A stretch of 64,000 bases of DNA from Myxococcota bacterium (lineage in GTDB: Bacteria > Myxococcota > XYA12-FULL-58-9 > JABJBS01). Where the stretch lies: positions 32,001 through 96,000 of the forward strand of contig JAYZAY010000067.1 in NCBI GenBank assembly GCA_036339465.1, in the 5' to 3' direction. The notes beneath the pieces are model-generated. The model was not told the DNA's origin. It saw only the letters and a list, made by a program, of their open reading frames with translations, and did no database searches. Positions 10,201-17,613 of this stretch are shown here, in pieces. A program made the position numbers and the translations under genes. Each line of letters begins with the position of its first letter. Position 1 is the first letter of the stretch.

Positions 10201-11656
10201 TTCACTTCCCAATCTAAAAAAAGGAAAAATACTCGCCTGCCTCAACAAAGCCACTCAATTATCAAGTAAATACGGGCTGCGTAGTATCCTATGGAAATCT
10301 CTCTATGGGTTAGCCCAACTCTACGAACAAAAGGAAGCCATTCCAAAAGCACGGCACTTGTACAACCTATCATCCAAGGTCGCTTCACAAACCCAGGAAC
10401 AATCCACAGCCGGGCAAATAGAATTAACACCTGAAGCCCTTCGAAAGTCCGCCATTGATTTTATGCTTAAACATGGTCACGTCGCGGATGCCCTCGACCT
10501 GGAGGACGGATTTCGCCAAACCAAAATAGACCTCACCCTAAAGGCGCTCGGCAAAGAAGTTCAACAGCAATCCCAAGGTGCTTGGGCGGCCCTCCATAAA
10601 CAGATTCAGCAAGCGATTTCCAAGGAAACCGAAAAGCCCTCTGAATCGACAAACCCTGGCCACTGGCTGACTCACCTACAAACGAACTTGGCTCCCACCT
10701 CAGCAATCTTCTATTTGATTGGTACGGAGCACTATTTACACCGCATCTTGGTGACCCGGGAAGACCTGACTGCGACGTCGCTCCCAATGGCACCAAACCA
10801 GAAACATATCCTTCGCGCTCTCGCCACCAACGTGCACTGGAATTTGCCTCCGAAAAAGTACCACAAGATTGCTTCGGATATGATTTTCAAAGATCTCCTA
10901 ACTCAGGTTGGAGACAAAACTCATTTGCACCTCGTTGTTGAGGGGTGGTGGCTCAACATTCCTTTTGCTGCGCTACACATAGCCCCGGAAAAACCGCTCA
11001 TCGAAGGCTTCGAGCTCTCTTTTTCCAGACGACTCTCAAAAAACCCACAGGCCATGTCCTCCAAAAGACATAGCCAAGAGAAGCAACCCAGAATTCTCGC
11101 CGCTGCCCCGTCCAAAGATCTACCTTACGCCAAACTGGAGGTTGAAAGCCTAGATAAGGCAGTTCGCCTCTATGACTCCACCACCCTAGCGCAGGAAATT
11201 CGGGCGGGCACCTACGACATCGTTCATCTAACTGGGCACAGTGATCTCAACACCAAAATTTCCCCAGAAACCGGTTTGTGGTTCACGACAGACAGCGAGC
11301 GAATTGATTATTTAAACCTAGGAGACTGGACCCAGGCTACCAGTCTTCCAAGTCTCGTTATATTAAACTCGTGTCATAGCGGTGAATTCTCGAAAAAAAG
11401 TCAAAATGCGTCACTTGCACAAGCCCTCCGAGCCATTGGGGTGCAATCTGTCATCGCGAATACCAACGGAGTGTCGGATTTTGATGCAGCCATTCTAATG
11501 AAACATTTTCACAGATACCTACCAACAGATGGCGCCCGCAAGGCGTTGCAAAAAGCAATGCTCCGACTAAGGCAGTTAGAGCCATCTGAATTGGCATGGG
11601 CGCAAACAAAGATTTTTCAGGGCCTTATCCCTAGCAAAATCATGCGCGACGAGTAA
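4214..11656 (+). CDS. Giant predicted lipoprotein: TolB-like (PD40) propeller + TPR arrays + C-terminal CHAT (caspase-like) protease, ~2480 aa
   Basis: ATGA overlap with the upstream stop (4214-4217); signal peptide II MKCNGSAHSLLSIILALCAFTG-C; PD40 repeats (PSISPDGNRIAWVS, GDIWVMDTNGNNPTKIT, SPSW); TPRs (AIQLNNLGTVYRALGELEDS, AYDLRNLA); CHAT motifs DIVHLTGHS (His 11237-11239) and LVILNSCHSG (Cys 11372-11374). Confidence 0.85.
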   Translation: MKCNGSAHSLLSIILALCAFTGCKDRLRHPIHLAPPQKDESILKHPQPLLEEFGNQFHPNAHPTTQDIVFVSDQRGNQDIYFYEAQKQTISRLTQSTADDFMPSISPDGNRIAWVSRSEDAKGDIWVMDTNGNNPTKITSASTRDASPSWLTNNLLVFETQKGLKSTDDTTVMLYDLATLKASILSNNSFHPQAQAQSKQALFLQKKPDTNHLELCLYSHTNKRRRILGEVPQHSTSPFFFETSPGSPIAYVGATVFSSDTNNDHKVNTDDLPSIYRFTLKENKLGIPTLGHPEPLTLPTQGLRKVTIRDTHLLFSVFNGQNLDIYQLPITGIKSPTATSTTLLELYHQSSDVHIRTFILRNLIIERTTQQTDAYRELAWSLAQQGLYLAAKEEIQAAIKQVPATDQDLLELAKIDLSLEQEKSISSKTDESSQRQKEHKRMTLSRAILARNQDSPRVTCAAKLVIARLYHHQKMFGETWDELHTLRKESKCSDLQRARATVHALDVLFEMGQEIARSTLLTELEKTTGTGVDKAIQGEFKKWVDRFLDSHSVLEQLDFLADSLNHYFKKGDLRATLLYRRSLILEDINDHPRALKDLDEIIKITNDRELFSRAAMRRLKLHDTANQDKDQTKELLRIIRDPRLLLEQRGKMLQAIDKIIGSKALKLERIGKPLEAVRVYRSLLKANPQDSKTLRRILTLSHTLGKGLQYTWKSLSPSTLSQGVYHYGQALMDSFGKLPKLDGIEKNIRIALELNPRNFSARLLLGWVYEKRETQSPNKGWLEKAIDIYETLLENVSEAKAPFIYAAVHQNLGMAFHRLGKLDRAFKFWLKRYQTEIPFDGPEQNLGFLFTLAQTSLSTGELDVGLEISRTIFRKSWSINSASYIHRAALLQASLYYVQTDYEAARYWYRFLGNMLSVNPPIIVLRGLALTEQMLGNYMESMQYWRQLYDRIAERKSDKKDPLDSFFVVLQPANPANITAAPFGFRSTHEKANALEGLFRVSNATDKQLNILKERQAILEKMLRDSPLPATFIPELSQTLEAIYKTLKTSKQHLSLRTSVEKTLKMAINLRVFGSIIQLTQLYLDGFALAAPPIIPPWIRAGLDLLPNEIPTIYQDELKRLKIEIASLNSATTLVLAHAEAKSPLAIKSGLLKADLSAIDKTLTLAGTADLSELCWQTPETEETLETWGKALAQYEATYLCSELEDKGYLNQAWSRFRMKRHSTLGPKAMLLMEEVLDHAFAHQDANRIWEVIEKRTLIELYPLKLGKSFPINHHALDSTFLKGLAQDAPKQELLDRQKLAAYIPKGSALLQSIQIKGLHYFVISTSNAIEQMKLSNPSSVAEKRIFIQKLSRWISEQKVKHLFFGATLHQQLGQEFIHKALRSATPKLRQFNQLSLTHLAWAEALSPSGIRRQKKNPPNQESAKINAALVQGLLMRKHGFTPPHLGKTLTDPNLYQRGSPLILLASQLSASSSNDLNAKAQMFLHCIHRGIPTLAFLPTPPQTIEGMELNSELLRELDRVALGSHNTADGIYFGRPLADSATLFRESLTRFLASFRQAAVAALPLKKTRAKLDESTLEHAEILLRKVLITLDFLSYHPIFAGLRKDFATTQASLPKTIRKWGAMLLSGGEAIRQMLMVPLSKALSLNGRQREAIEIFERIAQSSPKKSLRLQALLNQAKRHMESHSYPQAAETLKRCIKIGKGHELDAAYPCYVTLPNALKKSGRISEAGRVYSDLLKLLGTNDPRRIRIVREFALLVEQPLNAYDKALKLIREAISMSGEIEIDGALKTNLLIDEARLLRKMGMFQLALKRIERAKVQALHMPIALANVWLEHARIHWYQGRYADALKSQKQALLIADQLGSSFLQIQCFSLEGLILLNQGELEAAKQRIEAALLLARKTNRKQEEAIQLNNLGTVYRALGELEDSVVAFRKAETIDRKYRDHYGLAYDLRNLATTKIKQNKPREAKKLFLQAIEISEKLKDPYNLAQSLLSLASLPNLKKGKILACLNKATQLSSKYGLRSILWKSLYGLAQLYEQKEAIPKARHLYNLSSKVASQTQEQSTAGQIELTPEALRKSAIDFMLKHGHVADALDLEDGFRQTKIDLTLKALGKEVQQQSQGAWAALHKQIQQAISKETEKPSESTNPGHWLTHLQTNLAPTSAIFYLIGTEHYLHRILVTREDLTATSLPMAPNQKHILRALATNVHWNLPPKKYHKIASDMIFKDLLTQVGDKTHLHLVVEGWWLNIPFAALHIAPEKPLIEGFELSFSRRLSKNPQAMSSKRHSQEKQPRILAAAPSKDLPYAKLEVESLDKAVRLYDSTTLAQEIRAGTYDIVHLTGHSDLNTKISPETGLWFTTDSERIDYLNLGDWTQATSLPSLVILNSCHSGEFSKKSQNASLAQALRAIGVQSVIANTNGVSDFDAAILMKHFHRYLPTDGARKALQKAMLRLRQLEPSELAWAQTKIFQGLIPSKIMRDE

Positions 11657-12085
11657 AAAGCACTAAAATAGAGTAGAGCTCTAAACGCCCTACGAGTCTT
11701 AAAAAGCTCATAGGCCATTTATCCCAAGCAAGAAGACGGGACCAATTGGCAATTGGCCCAAGGGCACCAAAACCTCACCTCATCTTACTTAAACCGAAAA
11801 TCTCTGCACTTAGGGATGTTTCTATGTCATCACCGCACGCAGCCATCACCAAAGTGCCCCAGGGCCACGCCCAACGCATAGAGGAATCCGAAAGTAAGAA
11901 TATTGTTCATCACAACTTGACTAATACTACGATGACGAATTCGAATAAGTTTTACACCATGGGAACAAACAAGTCGCTAAGCTCACGCCCAAGGGACTCC
12001 CCAAGAAAACCAACCTCATCACTTTGATTCCCCTCCTGTGGAACCCATACCTCCCCCCACCAAATACGGGCTTCAGTTTGCTCAT
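11640..12085 (-). pseudogene. trkH: TrkH potassium uptake permease remnant (internally deleted, frameshifted)
   Basis: Manual translation across frames: MSKLKPVFG / LVGGGMGSTGG / GIKVMRLVFLG / GRELSDLFVP / HGVKLIRIRHRSISQVVMNNILTFGFLYALG / TLVMAACGDDIETSLSAEIFGLSKMR*GFGALGPIANWSRLLAWDKWPMSFLRLVGRLELYSILVLFTRR. This matches the TrkH hallmarks GSTGGGIK and GRLE. Several frameshifts and an in-frame TGA at 11775-11777. Confidence 0.8.
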
Positions 12086-12086
12086 A

Positions 12087-12240
12087 TCATCGCCGCAAAG
12101 AAAGTTTTTCGAACGCTTTAATTGCGCTCGGTTTCACATAGGCAAAGACGCGTTCATCCGAGAAAATCAGGCTTGAACCATTGGGCATGATAACGTCGCC
12201 ATTTCTCGTGAAAATACGGCCATGACCCTCATAACAACTC
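12087..12240 (-). pseudogene. trkA: TrkA C-terminal (RCK_C) remnant
   Basis: Translation TRNGDVIMPNGSSLIFSDERVFAYVKPSAIKAFEKL resembles the TrkA C-terminus (RxGxVIIPxGxxxIxxGDRV...VEKLF); its stop lies directly before the trkH-remnant ATG; no intact N-terminal portion. Confidence 0.55.
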
Positions 12241-12357
12241 AATGGTTAGGGGGGGGGAGTACGGTGTCCTAATCCCGAAGGATCTCTCGGATAGGCCCAG
12301 AACAAAGTTTCTCAAAAATTCTCAAACAATGACCGATGCAGAGGGAAAGGTTGGCGT

Positions 12358-13536
12358 CTAGAAAAAGGCATTCAACCCCGTTAGAGCGCGTCCAATTGCT
12401 AAAGTATGAACTTCGTGGGTGCCTTCATAAGTATAGACACTTTCGATGTTCATCAGGTGCCGAATAACCGGATAAGCGTCGGTAATCCCTATTCCTCCCA
12501 GCATACCACGGGCCATGCTAGCAATCTTTCGGGTACACTCAACATTGTGCCGCTTGTGCATGCTCACTTGAACAGGGGAGAGCTTGCCCTCATCTTTTAG
12601 CCGGCCGAAGTGCAGTGACATCAGCTGAGAATTCACGATCATCGTCGCCATTTCGGCCAGCTTTGCCTGATAGAGCTGGAATTGAGCAATGGGTTTACCA
12701 AACGCGATTCGCTCTTTCCCATAATTCAAAACTGTCTCATAACAGTCCAATGCCGGGCCGGTTACCCCCCATGCAATCCCTTCCCGAGCCTGGGTCAAAC
12801 ACATAAGTGGACTCTTCAAACCGTTAGAATCCGGGAGAATATTCGCCGCAGGGATCCGACAGTCGGTTAAATGAATCTCCCCCGTCGGGGATGCCCTCAA
12901 GGAAAATTTTCCTTCAATATAAGGTGTGTCATAACCTTTCGCTCCGCGTTCAATAACAAAACCTCGAATGCGATTGTCATCATCTAGATCCTTAGCCCAA
13001 ACAACAGCCACATGAGAAATCGGGGAATTCGTAATCCAGCTCTTGATACCATTCAAAACATAGGTATCTCCATCCCGCTTCGCAGTGGTCGTCATAGCGG
13101 CTGGATCCGAACCGGCACCTGGTTCAGTAAGGCCGAAACAACCAATCATTTCTCCACTGGCAAGTTTCGGCAACCATTTATTACGCTGACCATCGTTGCC
13201 AAACGCCAGAATCGGATACATCACCAGAGACCCTTGAACACTGGTCAGCGACCTCAAACCAGAATCGCCACGCTCAAGCTCTTGTAAGACCAAGCCGTAG
13301 GCCACGTTGTTTAAGCCTGCACATCCGTAACCATCAATACTCGCCCCAAAAGCACCTAATTCAGCAATCTCGGGAATCAATTCCATTGGAAAAGTTCCTT
13401 CGCGGTGAGCCGGGGTCAAAGCAGGCAGAAATCGCTCTTTGATCCAGCTGCGAACGGAGTCGCGAATGGCTTTTTCTTCATCGGTAAATAGATGCTCAAT
13501 GGCTAGGAGATCTTCTAGGCTCTGGGGTTTGGACAT
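12358..13536 (-). CDS. gcdH: Acyl-CoA dehydrogenase, glutaryl-CoA dehydrogenase-like
   Basis: ELERGDSGLRS, GCFGLTEPGAGSDP, WITNSP, MNIESVYTYEGTHEVH motifs. Confidence 0.85.
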   Translation of the reverse strand: MSKPQSLEDLLAIEHLFTDEEKAIRDSVRSWIKERFLPALTPAHREGTFPMELIPEIAELGAFGASIDGYGCAGLNNVAYGLVLQELERGDSGLRSLTSVQGSLVMYPILAFGNDGQRNKWLPKLASGEMIGCFGLTEPGAGSDPAAMTTTAKRDGDTYVLNGIKSWITNSPISHVAVVWAKDLDDDNRIRGFVIERGAKGYDTPYIEGKFSLRASPTGEIHLTDCRIPAANILPDSNGLKSPLMCLTQAREGIAWGVTGPALDCYETVLNYGKERIAFGKPIAQFQLYQAKLAEMATMIVNSQLMSLHFGRLKDEGKLSPVQVSMHKRHNVECTRKIASMARGMLGGIGITDAYPVIRHLMNIESVYTYEGTHEVHTLAIGRALTGLNAFF

Positions 13537-13563
13537 GTTGAGTATCCTCTTATCTGCTGCAAT

Positions 13564-13800
13564 TTAATGAGATTCACTGATTATTTTTGGAGCTCTACAT
13601 TCGAAAATCACCCCGATCAAGAGGCCAACGACGATGAGAACATGTATCCATATATTGGAGCGCCACTGCCGCTGTGTCAAAGAGCTCGACAACCTCGTAA
13701 GTCACCGGAAACGACAAGATCCATACCCGTAGAATATCAGATCTTTGAGTGACCAGGAGGGGCAAAAGTACAAGCAGATACAGGGGAAGCAGATAGGCAC
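13564..13800 (-). pseudogene. Possible C-terminal remnant of a GT-C (GT87/DUF2029-like) membrane glycosyltransferase
   Basis: Restoring one base (CCC TG[G] TAT) gives PICFPWYLLVLLPLL..VWILSFPVTYEVV, then after a shift QWRSNIWIHVLIVVGLLIGVIF. PWY motif plus hydrophobic segments; adjoins the GT2 remnant. Confidence 0.4.
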
Positions 13801-13817
13801 TTCCAAACCCCGCAGAG

Positions 13818-14171
13818 CCTCAAACCAGCCACTAAATCCGCTTCCCCTCGGAACATGGGCTCCAGTAAACGCAGAAGCAGCAATAGCTCATCGCTCCCAT
13901 CTGTATCCGCAAAAACAAGCGTCTCAGGCTCTGGCGATAGAGCCTCAATGCCCCCCTGACGCGCAGCTCCATAGGCCGCCCTGCTTTTCTGCCACGACCA
14001 TTGCCCCGGCAGTCTTGGTCACTTCGGCAGTCAGCTCCGTAATCCCATTGTCCACCACGATAACCCGAGAAACTCCTAAAGCGGCAAGCATTCCAAAACC
14101 ACCAGCCCCACAACATTCTCTCCATTGCGTGCTGGAATAATGGCCTCAACCATTTCCATCGCCATATTCAT
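13818..14171 (-). pseudogene. Family 2 glycosyltransferase (DPM1-like) pseudogene, N-terminal half
   Basis: VEAIIPARNGENVVGLVV / (shift) RVIVVDNGITELTAEVTKTAGAMVVAEKQ / (shift back) YGAARQGGIEALSPEPETLVFADTDGSD..LLEPMFRGEADLVAGLR. Canonical GT2 motifs (IIPARN, VVDNG, YGAA, DxD) with two compensating indels and truncation. Confidence 0.8.
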
Positions 14172-14278
14172 GGTATTTGCCCCATAGGAAAACAATTAAA
14201 AGAAGACCGGTTTCTACTAAGATTGCGGTTTTATCTTGATCTGATAGAGAAAAATCGAGGAGCTAAGAAAAATTTCTA

Positions 14279-15376
14279 GTGAATACTTTTGAACGATATT
14301 TCGCAAAACAAATCACAAGTCCTCTGCTAAGTGGGCTCGTTTTTTTCTTCATCATCATCCTATTTGGACAAATGGTTCAATTGAGTGATGCGGTAACTGG
14401 ACTCGGCCTGGATCCACAAAGTCTTTTGAATGCAATTCTATTTTCGGCTGCCCCATTGTTGGGAATTCTTCTGCCAATCTCAGCCCTCTTTGCCACCATG
14501 CTCGGGGTATCTAAGCTGGCTGCAGACGGTGAATTACTCGCTTATCAAGCCACAGGAGGCCAACCGAGAAAGCTCCTCAAAATCCCAATCATCTTCAGCC
14601 TCTTGTTGTGTTCAACCTCCTCACTCTTTCTCGTCTATGGGGAGCCCTGGGGGCTTAAAAGCCTGCAGACTTTAATGACCGAAAATGCAACAACCACCAT
14701 TGTCGAGGGCATTCACAGCAAAAAGATGATCGATTGGATTAAAGGCATCACATTTTATGCCGCCGACGAAGATGCAACGGGTTTGACGAGGGTCTTATTG
14801 GTTGAAAATCGCTCCGAAAAAGCCTCATATGTGGTCGCCGCCGAACATGCAGAAATCTCCCCCAGCCCCTTGGATAGCAGTGTGCTTTTCTCCCTTTCAA
14901 ATGGGCAAATTCTTCTCTCAGACCAGGACGACAATCCAAGAAACGTGATCCACTTCGAAAAACTCGATTACCGGCTAGGTGTAAAACAATTGGTGGGAAA
15001 TAGGCTCCATACAGTCACCCATGCCCAAATGATGACCCTGAATGAACTCTGGGAAAACATCCAAAATCCAGAAACAAATGTAAACACAAACGCACTCTAC
15101 ATTGTAACCTTGAATCGAAAATTCGCACTGCCAGTAGCGGCGGTTGTTTTTAGCTTACTTGCATTCGCCATCGGTTTCCGAACATCCAAAGCCCCTCAAG
15201 CTCAAGCGTATATTAACTGTATCTTGATTATCGCTGGCTATTATTACTTAGGTCGCGCTTTGGAACTCTCGGCAAGACGAGGCGATTTCCCCCCCTGGTT
15301 GGCCGCCTGGGTCCCCAACATCCTCGGACTCTTGTGGGGGTGGATACTTCTCTGGCGGCGAGGCTTACTTAGATGA
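14279..15376 (+). CDS. lptF: LPS export ABC transporter permease LptF
   Basis: YjgP/YjgQ family: LLPISALFATMLGVSKLAADGELLA, 3 TM + periplasmic domain + 3 TM, WLAAWVPNI. Confidence 0.85.
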   Translation: MNTFERYFAKQITSPLLSGLVFFFIIILFGQMVQLSDAVTGLGLDPQSLLNAILFSAAPLLGILLPISALFATMLGVSKLAADGELLAYQATGGQPRKLLKIPIIFSLLLCSTSSLFLVYGEPWGLKSLQTLMTENATTTIVEGIHSKKMIDWIKGITFYAADEDATGLTRVLLVENRSEKASYVVAAEHAEISPSPLDSSVLFSLSNGQILLSDQDDNPRNVIHFEKLDYRLGVKQLVGNRLHTVTHAQMMTLNELWENIQNPETNVNTNALYIVTLNRKFALPVAAVVFSLLAFAIGFRTSKAPQAQAYINCILIIAGYYYLGRALELSARRGDFPPWLAAWVPNILGLLWGWILLWRRGLLR

Positions 15377-16464
15377 GCATCATTCAACGTTACGTCAGTC
15401 AAAAATTTCTATTCCACTGGGTCATGCTCACCACAGGCCTGGGGCTCTTTGTGGGCGTCATAAGCCTGGTTGAAAACGCGGACCGACTCTCAGTTGAAAA
15501 CACAGCCGACCTCTCTAGCTCTCTAGCCTATTTTCTCAATGTCAGTGCCCAATTTGCATATTCTCTGATACCACTCTCAAGCTTTGTGGCTGCGGCATTG
15601 ACGGGGGCATTATTTGCTCGAAGTGGCGAAAACCTGGCGATTTTGGTCGGAGGGTATCGCCCCCAAACACTATTCAACTCTTATCTGAAAACTGCCATGT
15701 GCATCGCGGTCTTAACTGCCCTGCTCGGGGAATTTATCATGCCGACTGTACTACAAGACATTGACCGCAGTCCCTTCAAGCAGCTTGACAGAACCGTCCA
15801 GCAATACCGCAATTTACTGGAAGCCCGAAGCCACTGGTATCATTTTGAGAATAACATATTCCACCTCCCAAGCTATAATGAAGAGACAAAAGTATTCAAT
15901 AACCCTGTTATTTATCGACTCAAAGCGAAGGGGGGCTTAAAGGAAATTATTAAAGCGGAGAAACTCCTCCACCAAAACTCTTTCTGGCTCTTAACGGAAG
16001 TCAGTAGACTTCAAGTCTTTCCTGAAATGAAATGGAAGCTCAAAGAATTACCCCTAAAGCTCCACCTAGCCCCCCATGAGCTGCTAGACGTTGCGGGAAA
16101 CCCCCGACACCTCCGGAGTATGCCCCTCTCTCAAATCATCTCTCGACGTAAAAATGCTGGCTTCGACACGGGCTGGCATGAACAAACTCTCTACACGCGC
16201 TGGTTTCAACCCATCCTCGTCATCTTAATGCTCATTGTTGCCTATCCCTGGATCACGCGCCCCAATCGATTGCATTCCGTACTCTCGAGCTTGGCAGGAA
16301 TATGCGTCGTCACAGCTATTTGGTTTGGAGGCTCCTACGCCATACAAAGTATTCTCACAATCCTTAGGGTACCTGTCATCTGGCAAACAAGCGCATCCTC
16401 GTGGGCGGCCCTACTTCTGATAACAATGGGAAATCGGTGGCTGTATCGCCTCTCCAGAGCTTGA
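15373..16464 (+). CDS. lptG: LPS export ABC transporter permease LptG
   Basis: Second YjgP/YjgQ paralogue, ATGA-coupled to lptF; ARSGENLAI motif; same topology. Confidence 0.8.
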   Translation: MSIIQRYVSQKFLFHWVMLTTGLGLFVGVISLVENADRLSVENTADLSSSLAYFLNVSAQFAYSLIPLSSFVAAALTGALFARSGENLAILVGGYRPQTLFNSYLKTAMCIAVLTALLGEFIMPTVLQDIDRSPFKQLDRTVQQYRNLLEARSHWYHFENNIFHLPSYNEETKVFNNPVIYRLKAKGGLKEIIKAEKLLHQNSFWLLTEVSRLQVFPEMKWKLKELPLKLHLAPHELLDVAGNPRHLRSMPLSQIISRRKNAGFDTGWHEQTLYTRWFQPILVILMLIVAYPWITRPNRLHSVLSSLAGICVVTAIWFGGSYAIQSILTILRVPVIWQTSASSWAALLLITMGNRWLYRLSRA

Positions 16465-16479
16465 AGGGGCCTTGCCCCT
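16465..16479. terminator. Short GC hairpin between convergent lptG and PAP2 genes
   Basis: AGGGGC-CTT-GCCCCT inverted repeat; no clear U-tract. Confidence 0.35.
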
Positions 16480-16492
16480 CACTCAGCGATCT

Positions 16493-17161
16493 CTAAAGTG
16501 AAAAAGTGCTGCGTTCCCGACGACATGCCCAACCCAAGGGGAAACCAAAAAAGACACCGAACATCATACCCGCCGCGACATCACTCGGATGATGCCATCG
16601 TAAACTTACCCGCGACCAACTCACCCCCAAAGCTCCAATGAAAAGAGGCACCCCCACGAAAGGGGCTGCCACCAATACTGGTATCGCCGTCCCCATAGAA
16701 GTTGCGGCATGGGCAGAAGGAAAACCATGAAAGCGATAATCCAAACTAGGCCCATAGAGGCCGTCTTCCACATTCGCCAATGGACGGGCTCTCCCCAGAG
16801 TTGGCCTCAAGGTGTTTGCAGCCAATCCCGCCAAAGATCCCGCCAACAAACAAGCCAATCCCAGCCGAACCCAACAGATTCGCTTAAGGCCGTAACCCAG
16901 TCCGATTAAAGCGGATGCCAACCCCAAGGTTGCAATGGGGTAGTCCCCATAGAGAGAAAATTGCCGGGCCAACAAGACCACATTTCCAGAAATTGCCTCG
17001 GAAAGTCGAGCCAGCAAAACTTTGTCGAAGATGCCAAAAACCGCCACCACAAAAACGGCCATCGCCGGAAAACCCATCTGATAGATGCGATTCCCCTTAA
17101 ACCACTGAAATGACTGCCTAAGGAGCTCCCAAGTGAGGGACCTCAATACCTTAACGTTCAT
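16493..17161 (-). CDS. PAP2 family membrane phosphatase
   Basis: C1 RPTLGRARP, C2 FPSAH, C3 SRVSLRWHHPSDV; multiple TM segments. Start uncertain (ATG 17161 chosen; ORF extends to 17242). Confidence 0.85.
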   Translation of the reverse strand: MNVKVLRSLTWELLRQSFQWFKGNRIYQMGFPAMAVFVVAVFGIFDKVLLARLSEAISGNVVLLARQFSLYGDYPIATLGLASALIGLGYGLKRICWVRLGLACLLAGSLAGLAANTLRPTLGRARPLANVEDGLYGPSLDYRFHGFPSAHAATSMGTAIPVLVAAPFVGVPLFIGALGVSWSRVSLRWHHPSDVAAGMMFGVFFGFPLGWACRRERSTFSL

Positions 17162-17613
17162 GGGAGCCCACTCCCACCTTTCCCTGGAAACAGCAACTAT
17201 CGAAGCGGAAAAACCGTGATCCCCACCATTGGTGGTGGTCAAATATCCAACCAGTGGTTAAGGCTTCCAATAGAGTGGGAACTTCAATGGGGAAAACTTG
17301 AGTCCCCTCGAAACCCTCGAGACCAATGACAATCGAAGTCTGCCACATCCAGACAGTTCAAATTCTAAACTTACCTTGAATAACTCAGGATACGATAAGA
17401 TTTAGACTCGAAATACCCGGTGGAGAATCGAAGGGCTTCACGGCCCGTATCATCCCCATTGTTCAACCAAGTATCTACTCGGCATAATCCGCACGTTGCA
17501 ACTCAACCCACTCTCCTATCTGGAGCACTTTAAGCGTCCTAGAAGGAGGGCAAAAACCAAAACGCGGAAAATTGCTACATTCGTCAGAATCGGCGTATAA
17601 GTCGTGGGAAGCT

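Noticed and set aside
11746..12027. 93-aa plus-strand ORF
   Set aside because: Antisense shadow of the trkH pseudogene.
12048..12260. Possible 6S/tmRNA-like RNA bounded by CTCCCCCC and GGGGGGAG tracts
   Set aside because: No tmRNA or 6S hallmarks; the interval is better explained by trkA/trkH remnants on the minus strand.
13745..14149. ORFs 13745-14140 (+) and 13832-14149 (-)
   Set aside because: Shadow or off-frame readings of the GT2 pseudogene.
17250..17570. Spacer before ftsE as another pseudogene or ncRNA
   Set aside because: No recognisable protein motif or RNA structure found by eye.
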